From Oopsacas minuta (Eukaryota > Animalia > Porifera), in contig JAKMXF010000306.1 in the NCBI GenBank assembly GCA_024704765.1, positions 1 to 64,000 on the forward strand: a DNA stretch of 64,000 nt, given 5' to 3'. Shown here in pieces: positions 38,567 through 49,845 of this stretch; within the stretch, counting starts at the first letter, position 1, and each line of letters starts with the position of its first letter. The notes under the pieces are model-generated. The model had not been told where the DNA came from. It searched no databases and worked only from the letters and a program-made list of their open reading frames with translations. The translations under genes and the position numbers were made by a program.

Positions 38567-39427
38567 CTAGAAAGGGTTATTTTGAGAATACAAAGCTAGT
38601 AATGATACCTCTTCCAAAGGGCTATCAAGGCTGATTGAAGGAAATAGCTCATTGCCATTTATGATCATTGGTGAACCATACTTTTCACCGTTTTTGAACC
38701 AAAAAATTTCACCATCTTTCATGTCCAATTGCACGGAAATTACATCACCAGTAGTGTAACCACCTGAAAATATGGACCCGCTATTCAAACACCCATCTTC
38801 TGGTTTAATTCCGGAATGAAAATTTCCATTATTTCTTTGTGCCATTTCGCCTTTCCTAAATGGATGTGGGTTACCATCCCAAATAGTTTTGAGAAATGAT
38901 TGCTTCCTTTCTTTATTAACAACACCTATTTGCATCCATCCAGGGACTCTAGATTTTTCAATTTTTATAAGCCAGGAATATCGGCCGACAGAAAATCCTC
39001 TATCTTTGGGTATAAACAAAATGGAGGTACTGTATCCTCGTCCACGATACCTCAATGTACGTCCATTATTGAGCAACTCAACATTTTCTTGAATAAAGTT
39101 TCGATCAATTATAGGATATAAATGATAAGTTATACAATCTTTCAGTAGCTGAAAAATTGGAAGGGAATCAATTGCCGTTGTATTGAGGATGTATTGAGAA
39201 ATCACCTTACTTGAAAGAAATAAAAGTGAAGGGATCACAATAATATCACTACGACCAATAGTCCAATCTTTTAAACGAGTCTTTTCTTCAGAATACTTTG
39301 CACTATGAAATGAGTAATCAGGAAGTATAACACCTGTAGCTGGGATATTTTTCGATTTTTTACGCTTGAAGTTGCTAGAATTCGAGAGAGGTACACTATT
39401 TGAAGATGAAAAACACGAATTTCCCAT
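38567..39427 (-). CDS. SPRY/B30.2-domain protein (286 aa) with N-terminal acylation signal and SOCS-box-like segment
   Basis: SPRY motifs (YSWLIKIEK, WMQIGVV, GYTTGDVISVQLDM, FWFKNGEKYG, LFPSISL). Starts MGNSCFS followed by KRKKSK. Uninterrupted ORF. Confidence 0.85.
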   Translation of the reverse strand: MGNSCFSSSNSVPLSNSSNFKRKKSKNIPATGVILPDYSFHSAKYSEEKTRLKDWTIGRSDIIVIPSLLFLSSKVISQYILNTTAIDSLPIFQLLKDCITYHLYPIIDRNFIQENVELLNNGRTLRYRGRGYSTSILFIPKDRGFSVGRYSWLIKIEKSRVPGWMQIGVVNKERKQSFLKTIWDGNPHPFRKGEMAQRNNGNFHSGIKPEDGCLNSGSIFSGGYTTGDVISVQLDMKDGEIFWFKNGEKYGSPMIINGNELFPSISLDSPLEEVSLLALYSQNNPF

Positions 39428-40421
39428 TTATTAGATTTGAGTTTGATTGGACAGAAAATATAGATAACACTAATATAATAAAAATAATAGCTTGTTACTA
39501 AAACCGGAAGGATTTAATAATTGTTCTAAATTCACGAATATTGAAAATTGTTATGTTAAAGAACACGTTGAGAGAAGGTAATAGCTAAAGAACTCATAAA
39601 TCAGATGAAAACTGACCAAGTTGTGAAATATTTCCTTACTGAGCCAAATCCAATGGGGAAAATTGTATTAGTCGCTTTACTGGAATAATGCTGCTGAATT
39701 CTATTCAAACTACCATTGCATATATTCAATATTGTGGTTATCATCACTTTGGCAAGTTGATTATTTCATGACTATACTGGTTTGCGAAATTAGAAACCTA
39801 TAATTAATTGATAGAATAATTTAATGAATGTGGGCTGGGGATTCATTCCCCTTACTTCCTTGAATTTGAAACGCTTGAATGAGCGTAGCGAGTAATTGAG
39901 CGCAGCGGAATTAGCTCGATTAACACATGAAGCGGTCTCAAGACTTCATTTCATCCGAAGTACTTCGGAATGCGATCAAAAATTAGTATGTAGGAATAAC
40001 TTACAAATCATTATTTCCAAGTATTAGTGCCAATCAGGCCCAGCGGAAGCTCGAGAGAGGTGAGGGGGGGGGGCTTGAATCGTGATGATCGCAGAGTAAA
40101 TACATTTAATTTGAGGGAATAGAGAACCCCTCAAATATACATCACGAGAACAACTCCCCTAGAGATTGAGGTATTTATTAGTGAGTAGCGCATGCGCTGC
40201 ATTTGAGTAGCACATGCGCTACATTAGGATTATTGGTAAGTCATATTTATAGATACACATTACCATTTTAACCATAGTTACCCAAACTGCTGAATTGAAT
40301 GTGATTAGATAAGTTTCGAAAGCACATTACGACAAGTGGTCATTGGAATGCTGGTGCATTTATAATGTATAGAAGTAGATATATAAATTTATACCATTCG
40401 TTAGATAATTTCATTTTGGAA

Positions 40422-43400
40422 ATGGCTGAAAAAGTAACTTCACAAACTGGATCTGATAATATACACCCAAAAAAATGAAAAATCTCGGAGAAAGAAGATA
40501 TCAGCTTCATCACATTAGACATCGACAAAGTATGCCTATCAGAAGGTGAATCATTTAAATTGATAGAATCAGATGTACCAACATGGTCAAAACCAGCTGA
40601 TAATTATATTCTTAATTCCTTATGCTTTCAAGCAAACTTTAGTTGCTTGTTGATTCAATATAATTTTTCGCATAGGCAGTGTCAACCTGATTGCTTCTCA
40701 GAACCAGAAATGAAACAAGTAGAAATGCCTATAATTGACCAGTATGTAAAACTATTGATATTGAAGTCTCACATATATAAGTTAGAGAATAGTGAATATC
40801 TTATAATTGCAGATTATGATCACTCACAAGGTAAATATACGTTATTATCACTATTATTGTTGTCTGTTTGCATGTTTGTCTCTGTGCCCCGGTTCGTAGG
40901 GCTCAACACCTTTATTTCGGTTAATCGGGTCAAATGGCCTGGTCCCAAGTGACCCTATTAATCGGAGTCTACTGTACATTTACTATTCTCACTACCAAAA
41001 CTAAACATTATGTATTTCAAGGAACCATTATACTAAACAAAAGGAGAATCATAATTGAAACAAACAGCAATCTATGCGCCAATTGTTATAGTGATACTTG
41101 TTCTCATTTTCAAGTATTTGAACTCTGTTCACAAAATGATTGTTTGCAAGTTTGTGAAGCAAACATTCTAGAAGACATACTATATTATTTCCCAAGTCCT
41201 AGCGATATCTTTCTGTTGACAGATGATACTTTTCACAACTTCCAATTAAATAATGATAGGTAGTTATGTTGTTCTTGTTCTTCAAAGTGCAAACAACATT
41301 CTAGACTCTATAATATTCTCGAAAATACTGGATCAAATACACAGAAAAAGGTTGAATATACACGATATCAACAAGACCAACACCATTGAATCTAGATGAA
41401 AGCCAAATAGCAATTTAAAACCACCAGCTCTGCCATGGCATCAATTTACCTTTATTATGTATCCTGAATAGGAATTATGTGACTATGGTTTCAAATTCAA
41501 TGAAGAGGAGAAGCTTAAACTAGAGAAAGTTGGAATAGTTATCTATTTAGAAATGATATTAATTAACTCAAAGATTACAAAGGTATATATTTATCATCAA
41601 TGAACCATTCGCTCGTTCACAATTTTAATTTAGTATGGGGGGTTATCCTACGTATTTAGCCGTTGAAAACAAGTCTTTGCAATTATAAAGGAATTTCAAT
41701 AAATATTTGGTCTACATATAAGATTGTTCATTCGATTGCAATGAACTCGTCCCAATTTACCTCCTCCCTAAATTTGCCTGTGCTTGGTCCTCCGTAATTA
41801 TATTGTAAGTATATAGTTTACAGTTCAAGATGCAGTGGACCTTGCAATTGCTTGGCAGTCTTCGAAGGTCAGAACACTTTACTGTTAAACATCAACAACA
41901 AGTACTTTGTTCATTACAGTTTGTTATATGATTATAACAAGTTGATGATCATGTCTAGAAATACTTTGTACGGTTACTTGAGGTATGTATTGTTTAAAAC
42001 CATATTCTTGATAAATTAAAATTCCTATATACATACAATCTAATTCGTCGTTTTACTCTTTAATGTCAAGAACAGGGAGCTATCAGAATGGGTAGAACGA
42101 ATACATTCCATTGTCGCATTGCTTATCAGGCATGGAACGCCTATCTAAGAACAGTAGACATAGATTATGACTCGAACTACATATGTCCAATGTGTAAAGA
42201 TCATCCCGATGTGATAACTTTAGATGGCAGAGCGATGGGAACAATGAAATCGGTACCAAAAGTGGATGCAAAATTCGATCAGGATCAACAATACCTATGA
42301 TCCCATTTTCAGATCGTGTTTTTATCCCCGACACAGCAATTAGAAAGCAACTCCTTAAATACAGTTCTGAAGGTTTGACAGAAAATACATTAAAAGACCT
42401 ATTGAAGTCTATTCATAAAGAAATGGCTGATTATATTTGATTTAGTTCCATTAGGATAGAAAATTTAGTGACTATAAGTGAAGAATATATACACGTTAAG
42501 AAAGTCTTAAAACTCCTTTGCCATACAGATCCAATATCAGGAATATTCCAATCCTCTCTGCTGGAACCGAGTGAATGAAAAGCAATAGCTCTTCTTACCA
42601 ATGGAAAATTAGCAAGTGAAGATTCCTTAAGTTCAATATATCAGAAGATGTTTACATTGGATATCTTATTCAATTCTATCAAACCTAGTGAAGATATCAC
42701 ATGCACAGGGTTTGCCACTTTACATCCCAAAGTTTTCTCGCTGTTGAAAAGAATCCTGACACAAAAAGAGAGTTTATTTAGTAGAGCGTCAAGAAAATTG
42801 GTGGAATATTCTCCACAAAGCGAAAACTATTACAATTATTTCCCAGCATTCACAACAAACTACATGTAAGTTAAAACTTGTAATTGTGTTTATACTGAAA
42901 ATATTAATTGCTATTCAACAACTTTTTTATATTATACCATTCTATTATACTTGTACAGGTGCCAGTATACGAAAATCTAGAAGTTGAGTCAGCTGAACCG
43001 TGTCTCAAAAATTTTCCAACTCACAAAAGGTTTTCCCCCGGAATAGTTGCAATCGTTGTAAACACAGGATTTATTATGGTTTCCAAATCCTCAGACTACA
43101 CGAATCTACAGTTGTAATTTATAATTAGTTAATGACCATATTCAGAGAACAGCCAAAAGTGATCTTCTACGATAATACTTGCAACTTACACAAAATATGT
43201 ATGAAAAGGTAACTGCACATAACAAATTGGGTATAAATGATAAATAGTCGAGATTTCAACTAGAAATTTATTTGTGATTTCTTATATAGGGACCCCAAAG
43301 TATTTCGTAAGATAACATTTCAGATTGATCGATTCCATTCTACAAACCACAAGTGCAATCCCTCTTATTCTTTCAGATCAATTCAGACTGATGAGATGAA

Positions 43401-43556
43401 AAAGCTAAACTCACAAATTGTGAGCAGTTGTTTTCATCACTAAGAAGGATAGCAACACAAATCGTATACATGCGTATAGATAATGTATTCTTCACTACAA
43501 GATATTTTCTAGCATGTTTGAATCTACATATTCTATCACAAAATAATAATATATGA
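40422..43556 (+). pseudogene. KDZ-family transposase with Cys-cluster (CxC-like) N-terminal region, multi-exon, decayed
   Basis: CSGPCNCLAVFEGQNTLLLNINNK, YICPMCKDHPDVITLDG (D, 42223), CLKNFPTHKRFSPGI, PKVIFYDNTCNLHKICMKR|DP (D, 43171), QIDRFHSTNHKC, NSQ-CEQLFSSL. GT-AG introns, e.g. 40831-41021 and 43209-43289. Confidence 0.85.
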
Positions 43557-43718
43557 AAATAGTTTATATGTTAGGAGACTCAAGACAATTGTGACAATAA
43601 AAGTTATCGATGTCTTTGTCAATATCTTCAAGTCCTACACATGGTTTGTGGAACCATTAAGACATTTGGGACATTCAACCATATTTTTTGACGCGCAACT
43701 GAATAGATGACACAAACA

Positions 43719-45275
43719 CTATAACTTTATCTTTAAATCTGTCCCTAGATTAGTAGTCAGGGGAGATAGTAATACTATGCTTTCTAACTTAGGAAAGGGT
43801 GCTAAAATTCCGCTGTTGAAACTATCAGTTAGGTGAGATCTCATTCTTGACTGTTTCCAGTATACTTGGGTTGGGTCGCCTCCCATTGCTATTGTCAAAC
43901 AGACTGCAGCTGCAAATAAACCACAATCCGCCTCACCTCTTTGCTGTTGAATAGGAGCAAGGGCGACTTTCAGCTCATGATCAGCATCATTCCCATATAG
44001 AAAGTCCAATTGCACAGCTAATTCACCAGATATTCTCCCAGTAGATAACGAATCATATAAAGGTACATGCCCTTCAACATCAATACTGGAGCAAACCCAG
44101 TGAAGTGCACCATCGTGATGCAGCTGTATACTAAGACGAGGAGCTTTGACGAATTGACGATTCTAAGAATTAATTGAATATCAAATATTGATTACAATTG
44201 AAAAATTTAAACCGAGAAACTCACTTCGGAGAGAATAGTATCCTGAAGTCCCTGTAAATGTGGGAAATTCTTCTTCAGTAATGTCTACAAGTACATATAT
44301 GATATGAGAACATTTTCTAACAAAATGGATTGAATTTCAATGTACAATAAACTTAGACAGAATGCATTAATGGTGGTGCCTGTTAGAAAAGTATTACACT
44401 TGACAATTCAGAAATTGACAAGTTTTTCTCATTTAAACTAATGGGAGGAGTGATTATTTGAATAAGATCCAATGGTTTAACTCCGAGTAATGTCACCAGA
44501 CTGGATGTTGGGATGGGTGTTTGAGGATCTGAAATAGGTTTGTTCGAAGCGATAACGGGTTGCTGAAAAAACTCATCGAAGGAATCATCACTAGTATCTA
44601 CATCAGATTCTTGGTGTACTACATCTCTAGTGAAATCAAGAGGAGATCTAGATCGGTCACGATAGATATCATGTCGCGATGTTTGAGAAGAGCTTGGAGA
44701 CTTCTAAGATTGAGGGCGAACTGAAACTCGCGCTTTCATAGAGTAATCCTTATATGATTCTATTATCATACGCAGATGAATCTTACATGCGCTTTTTATG
44801 TTTTCGAAAGGGACTCTTTCGGGCCAATAAGGTGGTTTGAGAGAAGGATCATTCCAAAAAAACATACCGTTCCCTAAATTACAGATATATAATCAGTGAC
44901 CCATATAATTATATAAATTCACACCGTTGACTTACCAGTTGACACTTTTATAATCGCAGAAACAAGTCTTCGCAGTCCCTGTACATTATAGCCAGATATA
45001 TCTTCATCTAATAGCTTGAGGATTTCGTGATCACGGACAGGCTTTGATAACGCCGACGTACTTGTAGATATTTGGTTAGTCAGTAGAGTTCTTGCTATTT
45101 CATCGCTATTCCTAGTGATATAGGTTTGAAATTTTTCTGGACCCAAAGAGCCAAGCTTTCCATGCCATGAAAATACAGCTCCGGCATATTCACCCGTTAC
45201 TGAACGAAACTCAGACAATATGTCTGTCAGTACCATTATAGCATTAGTCTTTGTCAATTTGGGTATCTTTGGCAT
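43719..45275 (-). pseudogene. NRF1/Ewg-type DNA-binding domain fused to a Ulp1/C48-like cysteine protease (one premature stop, probable frameshift)
   Basis: After splicing the 62-bp intron 44874-44935 it reads LRRLVSAIIKVSTGNGMFFWNDPSLKPPYWPERVPFENIKS, which aligns without gaps to the NRF1 segment LRAFIPEMLKYSTGRGKPGWGKESCKPIWWPEDIPWANVRS. The C-terminus has HDGALHWV, LYDSL and QQQRGEADCGLFA. TAG at 44704-44706. Confidence 0.8.
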
Positions 45276-45622
45276 TTTGGCTAATCAAGGGTACAGAATG
45301 GGAAATCAAGAGGAAACGCTCATTGAGTAAAGTATAAAGTTAATTGAGAAACATATTTAGGGATTTGGCTAATAAAGGAAGTAGAAATAAGTAACAAAAC
45401 TCAAAAATAAATATCAGTACCTGCGAATTTAATTACACTATAATAGGACGTAATGTGAGAGCCTACTTTTTTCCAAAATTTCAATTACAAATTAATGCAG
45501 CGCATGCGCTACTCATTTTTAAATATATGAGAGATTACATTTGTTCTCAATGCAAATAAAAGTTGAGCATAAGTTAGGGCAGTTCAAACTGAGTGATCAA
45601 ATCAATATATATAATTCTGTAA

Positions 45623-46097
45623 TCTATATAAAAAAATCTCAATCGTTGTCTGTCTGTATTTTTGTCCGTGGTTAAGGAATGGATTTAGGGTATGCAAATT
45701 TGAAATTGTCACATAGCTATGTATTATTATGTTCATCAAGGAAGTAAATAGAATTCAAATACAACTTAACTAAATATATCGCACATGCTGAGTCCGATTT
45801 TCACACTTTTGAATGAATCATATGTAAATTTAGTCCTGTTTTTATGAATACATAAAGTAAACAATTTGTCCATATCTCAAATATATGTACAGGCTTGCTC
45901 AAAACGGCTACCGAGGGGGTTAATCTTACAAAATATTTCAATAATATGTGTGCCTTATACACATATCCGTGAATTACACTGTTTTAAATACATCTATATT
46001 ATAATACTCAAAGGGGGCCGTCAATTTGGAGAATAATTGATACCTCGAGGCGTAATGCGGGGAGTTTATCGACAAGCGACGAGCCAAATGCTCGTAG
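45623..46097 (+). mobile_element. Possible non-autonomous Helitron-like element
   Basis: A|TCTATATAAAAAAATC...gtctgtctgt start and a terminal hairpin acgagc-caaat-gctcgt. The 3' end is not a canonical CTAG. Confidence 0.35.
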
Positions 46098-46607
46098 AAA
46101 TATATAACAAAATTGGAATTATACTATAGAAGATCCTCCGACTTGGACTGTTGCCAAACATATTACTCAAATAAAACAAAAATGAATTTATATCAAAAGA
46201 TCACAAAATATTATCGCGAACCATGCACGCGAAATTGTATGTACCTAAAGATTCACATAAAAAGTGGGGCGGTTCAGGCCGCCCCTACTCCGCCCGCCCT
46301 GGTGCCAATATGCTTGAAACTAGAGACAGTGCTTCGCGCCTTTAAAAATCAAAAAAGTGAGAAGAAATGAATCACCGGTTATTCATTCCTCCTATCTTTC
46401 TTAATCTTCAAAATATTCCATTAATTTATTATAGATTACAATTTACGGAAACAATTATAATGATGAGAAAAGCTGCTTCTCAACGAGTTACTTAACGGTG
46501 CGTATACTATTTTCAATATTCGTGAATTTAGACCAATTTTTAAATCGTTATGGCCTTTAGAAACAACCAAGTAATACGTTTAAATACAGAGACGTCGCCA
46601 CGGAATA

Positions 46608-46752
46608 GGGGGCAATGCCCCCCCTGGCAAAATCTCGTGTCCGGGGCAATGCCCTCCTGGTAAATTCTCGTGCCCGGGGGCAATGCCCCCTGGTAAACTC
46701 GCGCCCCGGGGCATGACTACTCTGGTAAAATCATACCCTAGGGCATGCCCCT
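46608..46752. repeat. GC-rich ~33-bp tandem repeat (4-5 units) behind a hAT-like end
   Basis: Units ggggcaatgcccc...ctggtaaa...ctcgtgccc, preceded by cagagacgtcgcca at 46587. Confidence 0.7.
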
Positions 46753-47315
46753 TGGCTCAAATTGAAAACTGTCGAATTTCGGCTCGCCCGCTGGCATCTT
46801 ACCCTCATATATTATGCACTCTCCTCTAAATATCAGAGGGGATATCCCCCATAAATATCCTCCGAGCTCTCACATCATTGCTGCTAGAGACAGAAAATTA
46901 TCTACTCTCTGGACCAATTTCAAACCAAACGTTATTCCTTGAGATTGGGTTCGCTCCTGAATCTTACTGATTGTTTACAGGGACCATATACCCTCAACTA
47001 GAACTTGTTGCTCACCAGATGGAACTTGTGCTGCCCCAGAACAAGAATACATGACGCCATTGCCCAGTTGGATGGTTATACATAACTAGAAATCTATAGA
47101 CCCGCCACTTGGCATGCCTGCTGTTAAACGCGTGAAAACGGATAATCGAGAGTGTATTGTATCGTTAGTTAGATTATTGTACAATTTGACCTCATATTTG
47201 TTTCATTGATATGTAGTACCACGTACAATCCACGTTTTCAAACATTTTCGGGTCGAAATGACGTTAATTCATTACCTAATAACGCTTTGCTCTCGAAAAT
47301 ACCCAAACTTAAGAG

Positions 47316-48976
47316 CTGTTGCGTAGGATTTTGACCCGCAATACAAAATCCCACTAGCATATCCATGGTGCGGGTCAAAATCCTACGATGTAATATATGC
47401 GTAGGATTTTGACCAGCATCAAAATGTACTACAGCCATAGGATTTTGACCCGTATCGAAATGTATTATTGTCGTAGGATTTTGACCCGCATATGATGTAT
47501 TATTGTCGTAAGATTTTGACTCTAAAGTAATCTTACTTCTTTGTCATTTGACTTTTCGAAGTCCATACACTCTCATTACCTAATTACCACTAATGTAGGT
47601 AAAGTAATTCCACTTTAGACTAGCTATACGTATACGTAACTGAATAAACAAGTCAATTTAGAGTTAGATTCTAGAAAGTAGTGAATTTGTTTAATAACAT
47701 GTAAACTATATTCCCACTACGTATTACAAATTTACAATATGTATAATTATCCAAAATGCCAAAAATAGACAGTGTATATAAATATTATATAATAATATTA
47801 CTTGGACAGAAGGTGGTAGGTATTTGATAATTGTATATAATAACTCATAATAAATAATATAATTCAACATGTCAATCTATATATTGCAATATATTCTATC
47901 AAAAAAATAACAAAAATTTTGCAAGCATTAGCATGATAATGAATATTCGGAATATCTTAAGTACGAATTGTAGGCGATTTCATCTTTGCCCATTTCTCTA
48001 TACTTCCTAACAAGCTTTAAGGAATATACCACTGAAATATGTTCATCTATTGGACAAGCGTAGACTATGCATTTGTTACGGGAGTCTTGGTATAATGTTG
48101 GTACACATATAGAGGTGAAGTGAAAACCGCGAGCCTCTGGCACGCTGCATACTCCTGGATAACACTAGATTTCCATAAACAAAACAAGTCAGCTGCGGTG
48201 GCCTCCTCCTTCCCCTTACAACCACCCCCTACAGCAAGTTTACCCTTAATCTCAAAATTTAATTAGTTGGGTGGATGGTAAGAATATAGTAAGTTCAATG
48301 AACTTAGAGATGCAACTTTTGTAGCGAGTTTCTCATGCAGTTGGGTTAAGTAGGTGTTATTGACAAGGGCCGTTAGTTAGAGGTTTCAATTGAAGTAGCT
48401 CAGAGTCGATATTTTCATAGATTGAGTGTTGTTGCAGTGTTTCAAATGTTTCTTCCATTGTATCCAGGTTCAATATATCATCCAATGAGTCTAAATACAT
48501 AGTAAGTATGTGAAATGTAGGATTGCTATTACGTAATAATCGAATCAATACAGAACACAGCTAGTTTTATATGTACGTAATCATGGGCTGAGTCAATTAG
48601 TTACAGTTCCTCAAGATTTCTAATTATGTCCCGGAAATATGTATAAATAAAAAATATCATTCAAGAATATACCTTCATTAGCTTATTCTCTTGAAAGTAA
48701 ATCCCCTTGCACTTTCTGACAAAATTCTTCTTTTCTTTAGCGATCTCTTTTGATTTCTGGTGGATAATATTCGTCTGGAGGTATCCACGAATTGTTTCAT
48801 ACTCTGTCGCATCCATAATGAAAAATGTCAAAAACAATTATAAGTGTTGATGTTGAACTCTAGAAACAAAGTAAAATGTTGGTATGTGCATTAGGAAGTC
48901 ACCCATGTATAAATATGAAAGGTTGATATTACTTGATTTGCAATTGCTACTTTCGGGGCAAAATCCTACGCAACAG
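47316..48976 (-). mobile_element. Internally deleted copy of the 2978-6049 element
   Basis: Same termini CTGTTGCGTAGG...CCTACGCAACAG, 2-bp TSD AG. Near-identical to 2978-3821 joined to 5289-6049. Confidence 0.9.
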
Positions 48977-49019
48977 AGCTTTGTTAACGTAAATGTGTCA
49001 CTTTTGAATATTTACTGAG

Positions 49020-49845
49020 TTTTCCAGACAGTGTTTCATACCAAATTCAAGATTATGTTCAACAAGTCCCTGCAAGGACGGTTTACTACCCTGATTGATT
49101 GTGTGGACAAGATTCAGGCATTTATTATGAAGTTAGAACTCTGGGAGGCTAAACTAACCGTGGGAAAGTTCGATTTTTGTTGAAAGCCTCTCAGCAACTC
49201 TTGGATAAGAGGGTACTACAGACCAGAGTATGGGTGTTCTAGTAAAGGCTCACCTCTCAGCATTGCGAAATTAATTTCAAACTCACTTCCCAGATCTGAG
49301 CGATCTGGACATGAAAATGATTCGAAATCCATTAAGATGCGATGTAAGTTCTGTACCAGACAGAGTCCAAGAGGAATTTGTTTAATTTGTCAATGATCCT
49401 AATGCCCGAGATCAATTTGAAACACTCGCACTGACAAAGTTCTGATGCGAAATGAGCTTGATATATGCCAACGTGGCAGATAGAGCAGTAAAAACCTTGT
49501 TGATGTTTCCCAGTACATACCTTTGTGAACAAAGATTTTCTGCGCTATTACTAATTAAATACAAATTTCGAGCGCGGGTTATCTGTGGAAGCTGATCTCC
49601 GTCTGGCCCTTTCAAAAACGGTGCCACGAATTGATAGCCTAATACACAACATGCAAGCACATCCTTCCCACTAATTAATTATGTACTTTATTTATCTTGC
49701 TAGAATACAAAACACTTGTATTTTTCACAACTGGGTAAAAGGGATTGTAAACCTGATATTTACAATGCAAGACATTTTAAGGGGTACATCACACACAAGA
49801 TCCAGCTTGAGGGGTACGCAATGAGAAAAAGTTTGGGAACCACTG
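49020..49845 (+). mobile_element. 3' fragment of a hAT Buster/SPIN (SCAND3/ZBED8-like) element
   Basis: NKSLQGRFTTLIDCVDKIQAFIMKLELW and FPSTYLCEQRFSALLLIK...LRLALSKTVPRI...QAHPSH*. Right TIR aagtttgggaaccactg. Confidence 0.8.

Larger units (their letters stand above)
40182..45515. mobile_element. Two-gene KDZ (Zisupton/HMGXB3-related) DNA transposon with convergent genes
   Basis: 22-bp inverted repeat tgagtagcgcatgcgctgcatt (40182-40203, second copy 40204-40225) / aatgcagcgcatgcgctactca (45494-45515) encloses a KDZ transposase gene and an NRF1-DBD/Ulp1 gene. TSD not resolved. Confidence 0.7.

Noticed and set aside
40160-40181. Target-site duplication for the KDZ element
   Set aside because: No exact repeat between the left flank and 45516-45535. 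An AT-rich extension of the TIR is possible, so exact ends remain uncertain.
47316-47525. Regularly recurring cgtaggattttgaccc units resembling a CRISPR array (also 2984-3115)
   Set aside because: Units occur in both orientations, spacers are similar to each other, the context is eukaryotic and there are no cas genes. They are transposon subterminal repeats.
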